In this document: one piece after another, positions 30,336 through 39,753 of the stretch
How positions within the stretch are numbered: position 1 is the stretch's first letter
How the letters are laid out: each line of letters begins with the position of its first letter
From: Bacteroidales bacterium Bact_08
Lineage (GTDB): Bacteria > Bacteroidota > Bacteroidia > Bacteroidales > UBA932
Assembly (NCBI GenBank): GCA_001603425.1
Contig: LUYZ01000008.1
Location: forward strand, 7,984-71,983
DNA: 64,000 nucleotides
Direction of reading: 5' to 3'
Position numbers and translations under genes: made by a program
The notes under the pieces: model-generated
What the model was told of the DNA's origin: nothing
Database searches by the model: none
What the model saw: the letters and a program-made list of their open reading frames with translations, nothing else

Positions 30336-31448
30336 ATGGACAGAGATTTCACACAATTACTTATTGCCCTAAACTCGGCAATGAAATATAATTCAACGGC
30401 CGCAAAAATGCTAATTGATAACTATAACTCACTTGAGGCCATTTTTAACTTATCAGAAGAAGAGCTCTCAAATCTTTTTGGTAAGAGATATGCATTTTTT
30501 GATGAACTTAAAAAAAAAGAGCATTATCAAAATGCTAAAAGTGAGTATATGTGGTGCAAAAGAGAGGGAATAGAGATATTATCACCATACCTAAACAACA
30601 AATCATACCCAAATAGAATGCTAAACTGTTATGATTATCCCATCTTAATTTATAAAAAGGGAGAAGTAGATCTAAATAGAGATAGAATAATTTCTATTGT
30701 TGGCACGAGAAGATCAACTCAATATGGGCAATATATATGTGAAAAAATAGTAGAAGATATATATACCCTAGACAAAGACATTATTATTGTTAGTGGACTG
30801 GCATTTGGAACAGATATCAACGTACATAAATGTTCATTAAAAAGAGGGATAACAAATATAGCAGTATTAGCTTGTGGATTAGATAAAATATATCCAACAC
30901 AACACAGTAAATACATAAAAGATATCTGTAAAAATGGTGCAATTATCTCTGAATACCCAAGGGAGACGCAAAATATGAAAATCAATTTTCTAAAAAGGAA
31001 TAGAATAATAGCATCATTATCTGATATAACTATAATAATTGAGTCCGCACAGAGCGGCGGAGCAAGGATAACAGCCCAACTTGCCAATACATATAACAGA
31101 TCTGTCTATGCGGTACCAGGCAGATTAAACGACATTCTATCTCTTGGATGTATAGATCTCATAAGTAATAATCAGGCAGAGATATATTGTAGTGCAAAAA
31201 AAATATTCGATAATCAAAATTGGGAAATTACTAAAGGAGATCTTCTCTTTAACAATAATGGACATTACGAACAAAATTCCGAGAAACGAAAAATATTAGT
31301 AGCTTTGAGCACAAATTCCGATCTTTCTATAGATAATCTATCTCAAAGATGTGGAGTCTCTGTTAAAGAGCTCTACCCCGCTCTTTTAGAACTCGAGCTT
31401 GAAGGGAGAATAGGCTCTAACAAAGAAAGATACTATTTAAAAAACTAA
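30336..31448 (+). CDS. dprA: DNA-processing protein DprA
   Basis: IVGTR, SGLAFGTD, RNRIIA, AVPGR, C-terminal winged helix LLELELEG; ATG 30336. Confidence 0.92.
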   Translation: MDRDFTQLLIALNSAMKYNSTAAKMLIDNYNSLEAIFNLSEEELSNLFGKRYAFFDELKKKEHYQNAKSEYMWCKREGIEILSPYLNNKSYPNRMLNCYDYPILIYKKGEVDLNRDRIISIVGTRRSTQYGQYICEKIVEDIYTLDKDIIIVSGLAFGTDINVHKCSLKRGITNIAVLACGLDKIYPTQHSKYIKDICKNGAIISEYPRETQNMKINFLKRNRIIASLSDITIIIESAQSGGARITAQLANTYNRSVYAVPGRLNDILSLGCIDLISNNQAEIYCSAKKIFDNQNWEITKGDLLFNNNGHYEQNSEKRKILVALSTNSDLSIDNLSQRCGVSVKELYPALLELELEGRIGSNKERYYLKN

Positions 31449-31475
31449 TTTTCTGCCTTAAATATTTAATATCTT

Positions 31476-32249
31476 ATGCCGCTCTTTATAGATACCCATG
31501 CTCATATTTACGATAGTACATTTAACGATAATATATCGGAAATTATTGAAAGATCTATAGAAACTGGGACAACTAAAATTGTGATGCCTGCTATTGATTC
31601 GTCGCACCATATAAACATGATGAATCTTGCACAAAAATTCAAAGAGATACTCTATCCTTGCATTGGACTACATCCAACATCAGTAAATCGTGATTACAAT
31701 AAAGAACTCGATTTTGTAAAAGAGCAGCTTGTTAAACAAAAATTTACAGCTATTGGAGAGATTGGTATAGATGGGTACTGGTCAAAAGAGTTTCTAAATG
31801 AACAGACAATCTGCTTTAAAAAACAGATAGAGCTAGCTATTGAGAATAATCTTCCAATAATTATCCACTCCAGAAACGCCACACAAGAAATATTTGATGT
31901 TCTATCGGAATTTAAAGGCTGTAATTTAAAAGGTGTTTTTCACGCTTATTCTGGAAGCATAGAGACTTATGTTAGAGCAAAAAAAATGTTTGACTTAAAG
32001 TTCGGTATTGGAGGTGTAGTTACTTATAAAAATAGTAACTTAGCCGAAGTTGTAAAAGAGATTCAATTAGAGGATATAGTTCTAGAAACAGACTCACCAT
32101 GGTTAACACCTGTACCTTTTAGAGGAAAAATTAACGACCCTTCAAAAATAGAGATTATAGCTAAAAAAGTATCTGAAATAAAAGAGCTCTCTTTGGATAT
32201 AACTGCATTAAAAACTACAGAAAATGCAACTAAACTATTTGTGTTATGA
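31476..32249 (+). CDS. tatD: TatD family hydrolase/DNase
   Basis: DTHAH, GLHP, GEIGID, IIHSR, ETDSP. Confidence 0.92.
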   Translation: MPLFIDTHAHIYDSTFNDNISEIIERSIETGTTKIVMPAIDSSHHINMMNLAQKFKEILYPCIGLHPTSVNRDYNKELDFVKEQLVKQKFTAIGEIGIDGYWSKEFLNEQTICFKKQIELAIENNLPIIIHSRNATQEIFDVLSEFKGCNLKGVFHAYSGSIETYVRAKKMFDLKFGIGGVVTYKNSNLAEVVKEIQLEDIVLETDSPWLTPVPFRGKINDPSKIEIIAKKVSEIKELSLDITALKTTENATKLFVL

Positions 32250-33292
32250 CAAATATCATAAAATCTAAAATTTTACTGATTTACACAGGTGGCACCATTG
32301 GGATGAAAGAAGATCCCGAAACAATGGCTCTCTCTCCATTTGAATTTAATCAAATACTCATAGAGGTTCCAGAACTTAAAAAAATTGTTCATACAATAGA
32401 TACTCTCTCCTTTGAGCCTCCGATTGACTCATCTGATATCAATCTTGATTTCTGGGTAGATCTAGCTATTAAGATTAAAGAGGAATATCTAAACTATGAT
32501 GGTTTTGTTATACTTCATGGAACAGACACAATGTCCTTTACCGCCTCTGCATTAAGCTTTATGATTAACAACTTAGAGAAGCCTATAATTCTAACAGGGA
32601 GCCAACTTCCGATTGGCAAATTAAGGACAGATGGTAAAGAGAACTTAATCTCCTCTATCGAAATTGCAGCTTCAAGGGACAGCATAGGCAGGCCTATCGT
32701 ACCTGAAGTTTGCATTTATTTTGACAATAAACTATTTAGAGGTAATCGAACTACCAAATTTAGTGCAGAGAATTTTAAAGCTTTTTTCTCTCCAAACTAC
32801 CCTGCTCTTGCTGAATCGGGTATTCATATAAAATTTAACAAAGCATATATAAATTATCCCAAAAACTGGGGGAACGAAATAGAGATAGAGACATCTCTTA
32901 ATTCATCAATTGCAGTTATCAAACTATTTCCTGGAATAACTCCAGATTATATTAATGCTGTTTTAGAAACACCAAATATAAGAGCAGTAATAATCGAAAC
33001 CTTTGGCTCTGGAAATGCACCAACAAGTAGTTGGTTTATATCTCTCATAGAAAAAGCTTGTAATAAAGGGATTTTGATTGTCAATATAACACAATGTTTA
33101 ACAGGTAGTGTTGATATGGACGCATATTCAACTGGAATTTCATTAAAAAAAGCTGGGGTAATCGGAGGTTATGATTCTACTTTTGAAGCTGCTATATGTA
33201 AATTAATTTTTTTAATGGGCAAATACCATGATAACAAGCACATTAAAGACATAATGACCACAAACATAAAAGGAGAAATTACATTCAATTAG
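32246..33292 (+). CDS. ansA: L-asparaginase type I
   Basis: YTGGTIGM, HGTDTM, TGSQLP; no signal peptide. Confidence 0.93.
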   Translation: MTNIIKSKILLIYTGGTIGMKEDPETMALSPFEFNQILIEVPELKKIVHTIDTLSFEPPIDSSDINLDFWVDLAIKIKEEYLNYDGFVILHGTDTMSFTASALSFMINNLEKPIILTGSQLPIGKLRTDGKENLISSIEIAASRDSIGRPIVPEVCIYFDNKLFRGNRTTKFSAENFKAFFSPNYPALAESGIHIKFNKAYINYPKNWGNEIEIETSLNSSIAVIKLFPGITPDYINAVLETPNIRAVIIETFGSGNAPTSSWFISLIEKACNKGILIVNITQCLTGSVDMDAYSTGISLKKAGVIGGYDSTFEAAICKLIFLMGKYHDNKHIKDIMTTNIKGEITFN

Positions 33293-33396
33293 TTGTTTTT
33301 AAAAAATTCTTTATAAATTGCACAATAATTGATTTTAATTAAAAACAGATAACTATTTAAAATACATTGTTTAATACTTTAATCATTCCAAAATTT

Positions 33397-34134
33397 ATGA
33401 AAAAAATTTTCATGTTTTTGGCAGTAATTGGTTTCATTACCATATCTGCACAGTATGCTACTGCTCAAACTCAGGACTCTACAGAACTTACAGTTCAACA
33501 AGAGACTCCTATTCATCAGCAGCTTAAATCAAAATTCATCGAAGGTGGTCCTAGCTTTATGGCGTCAGTATTGATGTGTCTTATCTTCGGTTTGGCTATC
33601 GCTATTGAAAGAATTATTTACTTAAACTTAGCATCTACTAACACAGAAAAGCTTTTGAAAAAAATAGAAGAGGCTTATGCTACAGGTGGAGCTGAAGCTG
33701 CAAAAGAAATTTGCAGAAACACTAGAGGACCTGTTGCTAGTATATTCTACCAAGGTATTTCACGTGCTGACGAAGGTATCGATGTAGTAGAAAAAGCTGT
33801 AGTTTCTTATGGTTCAGTTCAAATGAGCCAGTTAGAGAATGGTCTTTCTTGGATTCAGCTATTTATCTCTATTGCTCCAATGTTAGGTTTCATGGGTACA
33901 GTTATTGGTATGATTGGTGCATTTGATGCTATCCAAGCAGCTGGAGATATCTCTCCTAACGTTGTTGCTGGTGGTATTAAAGTTGCGTTGATTACCACTG
34001 TTACAGGTCTTATCGTTGCGATTATTCTTCAAATTTTCTACAACTATCTTGTTGCTAAGATCGACTCTATCGTTGTATCAATGGAAGATGCATCTATCTC
34101 GCTTATCGATATTCTTGTAAAAGCTAAAAAATAG
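33397..34134 (+). CDS. exbB: MotA/TolQ/ExbB proton channel family protein
   Basis: APMLGFMGTVIGMI and GIKVALITT helices; signal-like N-terminus from ATG 33397. Confidence 0.9.
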   Translation: MKKIFMFLAVIGFITISAQYATAQTQDSTELTVQQETPIHQQLKSKFIEGGPSFMASVLMCLIFGLAIAIERIIYLNLASTNTEKLLKKIEEAYATGGAEAAKEICRNTRGPVASIFYQGISRADEGIDVVEKAVVSYGSVQMSQLENGLSWIQLFISIAPMLGFMGTVIGMIGAFDAIQAAGDISPNVVAGGIKVALITTVTGLIVAIILQIFYNYLVAKIDSIVVSMEDASISLIDILVKAKK

Positions 34135-34140
34135 TACACT

Positions 34141-34551
34141 ATGCAAAAATTTATTAAATATATATCATACCTACTGTTAGGATTGGGATTGATTTTATCA
34201 ATTGCTTTCTTTGCTAACAAAGATGGTATGCTGGATACATATCTTGGATACTCATACATCCTATTTGGGGTTGCTGGAGTATTGGCTATTGTGCTTCCTT
34301 TAATTAATGTTGCACAAAATCCTAAATCATTCAAAAAGATATTATTCAGTATTATTATCGCTGCAGTAGTTATTGGTATCTCTTTTGCACTAGCAAAAGG
34401 AGATGCTCTTACAGTTGTGTTAGATAAAGAGCCTTCGGAGTTTACTTTAAAAGCCACCGATGCAGGTCTTATTCTAACCTATTTATTATTTGGAGCAGCA
34501 GTTGTTGCAATTGTTGCTGGCGGTATTGTTAACTTGGTTAGAAACCGATAA
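34141..34551 (+). CDS. Uncharacterised 4-TM membrane protein in the exbB-exbD operon
   Basis: Four hydrophobic segments; 6-nt and 14-nt gaps to its neighbours. Confidence 0.85.
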   Translation: MQKFIKYISYLLLGLGLILSIAFFANKDGMLDTYLGYSYILFGVAGVLAIVLPLINVAQNPKSFKKILFSIIIAAVVIGISFALAKGDALTVVLDKEPSEFTLKATDAGLILTYLLFGAAVVAIVAGGIVNLVRNR

Positions 34552-34565
34552 TAAAAAAAATTAAT

Positions 34566-35144
34566 ATGGCGAGACCAGTACAAGAAATCAATGCAGGTTC
34601 GATGGCAGATATAGCCTTCTTGCTTCTAATCTTTTTCCTTATGGTAACAACCATGGATATTGAGGCAGGTTTGCAAAGACGTCTCCCTCCGATGCCGGAC
34701 GAGAATCAAAAAGTTGACGATATTAAAATTAATCGTAGAAACATTTTGGTAGTTCGTATCAATGATGCGGATAGATTGTTCGCAGGTGGGCAACTTCTAG
34801 ATGTAAGCCAGCTAAAAGATAAAGCAAAGGAGTTTCTAGCCAATCCTGCCAATGATGAGAACCTTCCAGAAAGAGAAGATAAGGTTATCGAAGGGTTTGG
34901 GTCATTCGCTGTATCTAAGGGTGTAATATCTCTACAAAATACAAGAGGAACTAGTTATAAAACTTATATAGAAGTTCAAAATGAACTAGTAAAAGCAGTA
35001 AATGAGTTAAGAGATGAATTTTCTCTTACTAACTTTGGAAGAGTTTACTCGGCACTAGACGAGGATAAACAACGAATTGTTAGGGAAGCTATTCCTCAAA
35101 ATATATCTGAGGCAGAACCTAAAGATACAGGTAGAAATCGATAA
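34566..35144 (+). CDS. exbD: ExbD/TolR family protein (1)
   Basis: INAGSMADIAFLLLIFFLM TM segment with the conserved Asp. Confidence 0.9.
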   Translation: MARPVQEINAGSMADIAFLLLIFFLMVTTMDIEAGLQRRLPPMPDENQKVDDIKINRRNILVVRINDADRLFAGGQLLDVSQLKDKAKEFLANPANDENLPEREDKVIEGFGSFAVSKGVISLQNTRGTSYKTYIEVQNELVKAVNELRDEFSLTNFGRVYSALDEDKQRIVREAIPQNISEAEPKDTGRNR

Positions 35145-35158
35145 AACAGGTAAATACA

Positions 35159-35632
35159 ATGGCAAAATTTTCAAACAAAGGGAAAAAAGGTGTTCCAGCA
35201 CTAAGTACTGCATCACTACCCGATATTGTCTTTATGATATTGTTTTTCTTCATGGTATCAACCAGTATGCGTCAAACAGACAGATTGGTTACTGTGAAGG
35301 TACCTGAAGCATCGGAGATAGCTAAGTTAGAGAGAAAAGATTTAGCAGCATATATATACGTGGGAACTCCTGTTCCAAGTATGCAAGCTCAATTTGGTAC
35401 AGATGCACGTATACAGCTAAATGACTCTTTCAAAACAGTGAATGATATCAGAGACTTTATCGCAGCAGAACGCGAAACAAAAAGCGAAGTTGACCGTCAA
35501 TTTATGACAGTATCTATAAAAGCGGATGAAAATGTTAGAATGGGTATTATTACCGATATCAAACAAGAATTAAGAAGGACATCTGCTTTAAGAATAATGT
35601 ATAACGCAAGAAAAGCCGAAAAAAATAACTAG
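35159..35632 (+). CDS. exbD: ExbD/TolR family protein (2)
   Basis: SLPDIVFMILFFFM TM segment; VSIKAD periplasmic motif. Confidence 0.9.
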   Translation: MAKFSNKGKKGVPALSTASLPDIVFMILFFFMVSTSMRQTDRLVTVKVPEASEIAKLERKDLAAYIYVGTPVPSMQAQFGTDARIQLNDSFKTVNDIRDFIAAERETKSEVDRQFMTVSIKADENVRMGIITDIKQELRRTSALRIMYNARKAEKNN

Positions 35633-35663
35633 AGGCTTATCAAAATTGATTATACTAGATTTT

Positions 35664-35701
35664 AAAAAGGGTGCCTTATTAAACAAAGGGCATCCTTTTT
35701 T
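35664..35701 (+). terminator. Intrinsic terminator after the exbBD operon
   Basis: AAAAAGGGTGCCTT / AGGGCATCCTTTTT stem ending in a T run. Confidence 0.75.
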
Positions 35702-35728
35702 GTATTATAATTAATAAATACTCTTATC

Positions 35729-36955
35729 ATGTTTAAAAAAATTTTTTCAATAATCGTTCTAATATCAATTAGCTTTGGACTCCTCTTTGCGCAAGATGGC
35801 CAAAGAAGAGGAATGCAACAAATGAATAAACCCAAATTTGTCTTCTTATTTATAGGAGATGGAATGGGTCTTTCACAAATCTCAATGGCAGAGGCATATC
35901 TATCTACTCTTAAAGGAGAAATATCTAATGAACCTCTATCTTTCACAAAATTCCCTGTAATGGGTATGTCCACTACATATTCTGCAAACTCTTATATAAC
36001 ATGCTCTTCTGCTGCAGGTACAGCACTATCTACCGGGTTTAAAACAAATAATGGTGTGCTTGGATTAGATCCTGATGGGAATAAACTTAGAAGCATATCA
36101 TATGATATTCACAATGCTGGATTTGCAGTGGGAATAGCCTCTAATACAACAATAGATCACGCAACGCCTGCTGCTTTTTATGCTAGTAGTAGCAGCAGAA
36201 ATAACTATTACGAAATTGCAGTTCAAATCCCTGCTACTAACTTTGAGTTCTTTGGTGGTGGTGGATTTCTTCAACCTAATGGTCCAGATAATGACCAAAA
36301 GAATATCTATTCTGTTTTAGAAGATGGAGGGTATAAGATTGCTAGAGGCATAAATGAATTTATGACAATAAAAGGGTCTGGTAAGGTCGCATTTTTCCAA
36401 GAGAAAGGAAAAGAGGCGGATCTTCCTTATGCGATTGACAGATCTGAGAACGACCTAACATTAAAGCACGTTGTTGCAGCTGCAATTGAACACCTTTATG
36501 GCACAAAAGGATTTTTCTTAATGACAGAAGGAGGTAAAATTGATTGGGCTGGTCATAGCAATGATGGCAAAACAAATATTTTAGAGGTACTAGACTTTGC
36601 CGATGCCATATCTGTTGCATATGAATTTTACAAAAAATTCCCTACAGAAACACTAATAATTGTTACTGCAGACCATGAAACTGGTGGAATGTCTCTAGGA
36701 GATGAAAAGGGATACGTCCTAAATTTAGGAGCTCTAGAGCCTCAGAAAAAATCATTAGCAACAGACAAAGAGAGTGCAGAAAAAATTGAGGAGCTAAATG
36801 AAAAAGCTAAGATAGGCTGGACCACATCTTCACATACAGGTGTTGCTGTTCCTGTGTATTCAATTGGAGCAGGCAGTAGAATGTTTTCAGGAAGAATGGA
36901 CAATACCGATATTCCAAAGAAAATATTAGAAGTAATGGGAATAACTAAAAAATAA
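35729..36955 (+). CDS. Alkaline phosphatase (PhoA family)
   Basis: Signal peptide, FIGDGMG, HATPA, EGGKIDWAGHSND, TADHETGG, HTG. Confidence 0.92.
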   Translation: MFKKIFSIIVLISISFGLLFAQDGQRRGMQQMNKPKFVFLFIGDGMGLSQISMAEAYLSTLKGEISNEPLSFTKFPVMGMSTTYSANSYITCSSAAGTALSTGFKTNNGVLGLDPDGNKLRSISYDIHNAGFAVGIASNTTIDHATPAAFYASSSSRNNYYEIAVQIPATNFEFFGGGGFLQPNGPDNDQKNIYSVLEDGGYKIARGINEFMTIKGSGKVAFFQEKGKEADLPYAIDRSENDLTLKHVVAAAIEHLYGTKGFFLMTEGGKIDWAGHSNDGKTNILEVLDFADAISVAYEFYKKFPTETLIIVTADHETGGMSLGDEKGYVLNLGALEPQKKSLATDKESAEKIEELNEKAKIGWTTSSHTGVAVPVYSIGAGSRMFSGRMDNTDIPKKILEVMGITKK

Positions 36956-38460
36956 TGAAAAAAACATTTCTATTAACATTACTAATAACTCTCTCAATAA
37001 AATCATGGACTTATGACTACGGTCCAAAAAGAGAGTTCCGAGGAGCGTGGATTCACACTGTTGGCAATAGTAACTTTAGAAATATGACAAAAGACTCTAT
37101 CCAAAGTCTCTTAATTGAGACTTTGGATATCTTTGAAAAGGCAAATATAAATGCTGTTATATTTCAAGTACGGCCACAAGCAGATGCATTTTACATCTCT
37201 GATATAGAACCATGGAGCAGATTCCTTTCTGGAGAACAGGGAGTGGCCCCTAAAGAGATATGGGACCCTCTAGATTTCATGATAAAGGAGGCTCATAAAC
37301 GAGGAATGGAACTACATGCTTGGTGCAATCCATACAGAGTAACCTCAAATGATAGGGAACAACTATATCCTGGTCATCTCTACTTTAGAAAACCACATAT
37401 TTTTAAGAGATATGGAAAACAGCTCTATTTTGATCCCGGAGAACCAGAAGCTGTTGAACATACGATAAAAGTAATTAAAGATATTGTTGAGAGATACGAT
37501 ATTGATGCAATTCATTTTGATGACTATTTTTATCCATATCCTATAAAATTCGAAGAGTTTCACGACGATCACTCCTTTGTCAAATACTCTAAAGACCAAG
37601 GTTTTGAGTATTGGCAAAAAGCGGACTGGAGAAGAGAAAACGTTAATCGACTAATTCGTATGTTAAACGACACCATTAAATCTGTTAAACCATGGGTTAG
37701 ATTTGGTATTAGTCCTTTTGGAATACATAGGAATATATCTGACACTCCAGATAGTAGTGGTAGCAGAACAAATGGATTGTCTAATTACGATCAGCTATTT
37801 GCAGATGTACCTCTTTGGGTAAGAGAGGGCTGGATAGACTATAATGTACCTCAGATTTACTGGAAAATTGGACATCCTGCTGCTGACTATTATGAATTAA
37901 TCAACTGGTGGAATAATAATAACTATAAGCAGCACCTCTATATTGGACAAAACATATCCACTTTTAAAGAACCAGACTTAAACAATCCATCTCAATCGCA
38001 GTTTAGAGAAAAGATGAGACTAGTTAGAGAACTAGAAAATGTACATGGAAATGTTTGGTGGCCAGGTTGGAGCATACCTAACAATCCATTTAACTTTACT
38101 GACACCCTTACTAAACAATATCAGAGCTATCCTGCTCTAATTCCCTCATATACTCATATTGACTCTATTGCCCCTAAACCTATAACCAACCTAAAGAGAA
38201 AGGCAAATCATATTACGTGGAGTCATAATGAGAAAAGTGATCCATTACAAAAAGCAAGATTTTACGCAGTATACAAATTCCCTTCAGATGTAAAAACAGA
38301 TACAGATAAGAATCAATATCTTGTCAAAATTGTTAATGAACCTAAATTTGAAATCACTCCTTCTAAAGAGAAAAAAAAGAGGTTTAAATATGTTATTACA
38401 GCAATTGATCGATGTTGGAATGAAAGCTTACCATCTAAGGAATTAATAGTCAGGCATTAA
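36955..38460 (+). CDS. Glycoside hydrolase family 10-like (GHL10; YddW/DigH-like) with C-terminal FN3-like domain
   Basis: REFRGAWI, FQVRP, HAWCNPYR, IHFDDYFYP, FGISPFG, PQIYW. Confidence 0.88.
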   Translation: MKKTFLLTLLITLSIKSWTYDYGPKREFRGAWIHTVGNSNFRNMTKDSIQSLLIETLDIFEKANINAVIFQVRPQADAFYISDIEPWSRFLSGEQGVAPKEIWDPLDFMIKEAHKRGMELHAWCNPYRVTSNDREQLYPGHLYFRKPHIFKRYGKQLYFDPGEPEAVEHTIKVIKDIVERYDIDAIHFDDYFYPYPIKFEEFHDDHSFVKYSKDQGFEYWQKADWRRENVNRLIRMLNDTIKSVKPWVRFGISPFGIHRNISDTPDSSGSRTNGLSNYDQLFADVPLWVREGWIDYNVPQIYWKIGHPAADYYELINWWNNNNYKQHLYIGQNISTFKEPDLNNPSQSQFREKMRLVRELENVHGNVWWPGWSIPNNPFNFTDTLTKQYQSYPALIPSYTHIDSIAPKPITNLKRKANHITWSHNEKSDPLQKARFYAVYKFPSDVKTDTDKNQYLVKIVNEPKFEITPSKEKKKRFKYVITAIDRCWNESLPSKELIVRH

Positions 38461-38470
38461 AAAGTTATTA

Positions 38471-38500
38471 TTGTGGTTTAGCGGCATTTTAGTAAATTTG
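38471..38500 (+). promoter_or_regulatory. Promoter for the antiporter-asnS-udk unit
   Basis: TTG (38471-38473), 19-nt spacer, TAAATTTG (38493-38500). Confidence 0.6.
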
Positions 38501-38515
38501 CCGCTAAATTTTTAT
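38477..38515 (+). terminator. 10-bp perfect inverted repeat: terminator and/or operator
   Basis: TTTAGCGGCA-N12-TGCCGCTAAA followed by TTTTTAT. Confidence 0.5.
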
Positions 38516-38534
38516 TAATCTAAGCTAGTATGTA

Positions 38535-39725
38535 ATGAAAAAAATTCTCTCTTTCTCCCTATTTCTTATTATAGGACTAATATTATCTCAACTTTTACCG
38601 CAAATAATTGGTGAAGAATATGAAAGTTTTAAGGCAATAACAAATACACTACTCTATATATCCCTTGCCTATATAATGATTAATGTGGGAAGAGAATTTG
38701 AATTAGACAAAACTAGATGGAAAAGCTATATAGATGACTATTTTATAGCCATGGCAACAGCTGCTTTACCCTGGATATTTGTTGCCTTTTATTATATTTT
38801 TATCCTTCTTCCCGTAGAATATAATACAAGCTGGGAGGCATGGAAAGAGAGCCTTCTTTTGAGTAGGTTTGCTGCACCCACATCTGCAGGAATTCTATTT
38901 ACTATGCTTGCAGCAATAGGGCTAAGAACTAGTTGGGTATATAAAAAGATTCAAGTTCTAGCAATTTTCGACGATCTTGATACAATATTACTTATGATTC
39001 CTCTTCAAATAATGATGATTGGAATGAAATGGCAAATGGGAGCTGTGGTAATATTAGTATTCATTATGCTCTACTATGGTTGGAGAAAAATGGGAAAACT
39101 AAACATAAATCAGTCATGGAGCTCAATAATTATCTATTCAGTATTTATTGTAGCATTAACCTGGGCACTACATTTTGTAACTCTTCATTTTTTTGGAGAA
39201 GATGGAGGCATACATATAGAGGTACTTCTTCCTGCATTTGTTTTAGGAATGCTAATGAGACAAGTTCACATAGATAGTAAAATTGAGAGAAGAGTTTCGT
39301 CATTCATATCAATATTTTTTATGCTTTTGGTAGGTTTAAGTATGCCACAATTTTTGGGTAGTGGAGTTATGGAAGATTGTATAGATGTTGAGGGTTCTAT
39401 TTTGGGATGCCAACCAATGATGCCTATGAGTAAAATCCTTTTACATGTAATCATTGTTTCGACATTATCAAATATTGGAAAGCTCGTCCCTGTATTATTC
39501 TATAGAGATAGAATGATAGAAGAGAGATTAGCTCTCTCTATTGGTATGTTTACAAGAGGAGAGGTTGGGGCTGGTATAATTTTTATAGCATTGGGTTACA
39601 ATATTGGAGGGCCAGCGCTAATAATTTCTGTTCTTACAATTGTGCTAAATTTAATATTAACGGGTATATTTGTAGTTTGGGTGAGAAAGCTTGCAATAAA
39701 AGCGGCACTAAAAAACAGTAACTAA
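38535..39725 (+). CDS. Cation:proton antiporter family membrane protein
   Basis: Multi-TM; PTSAGI, AIFDDLD and TRGEVG motifs of the CPA family. Confidence 0.8.
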   Translation: MKKILSFSLFLIIGLILSQLLPQIIGEEYESFKAITNTLLYISLAYIMINVGREFELDKTRWKSYIDDYFIAMATAALPWIFVAFYYIFILLPVEYNTSWEAWKESLLLSRFAAPTSAGILFTMLAAIGLRTSWVYKKIQVLAIFDDLDTILLMIPLQIMMIGMKWQMGAVVILVFIMLYYGWRKMGKLNINQSWSSIIIYSVFIVALTWALHFVTLHFFGEDGGIHIEVLLPAFVLGMLMRQVHIDSKIERRVSSFISIFFMLLVGLSMPQFLGSGVMEDCIDVEGSILGCQPMMPMSKILLHVIIVSTLSNIGKLVPVLFYRDRMIEERLALSIGMFTRGEVGAGIIFIALGYNIGGPALIISVLTIVLNLILTGIFVVWVRKLAIKAALKNSN

Positions 39726-39753
39726 TTTGTAATTTAAGATTTAAGATAATAAA

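Noticed and set aside
38477-38508. Inverted repeat as an invertible promoter
   Set aside because: The 12-nt spacer is too short to hold a promoter, and no site-specific recombinase is in the window.
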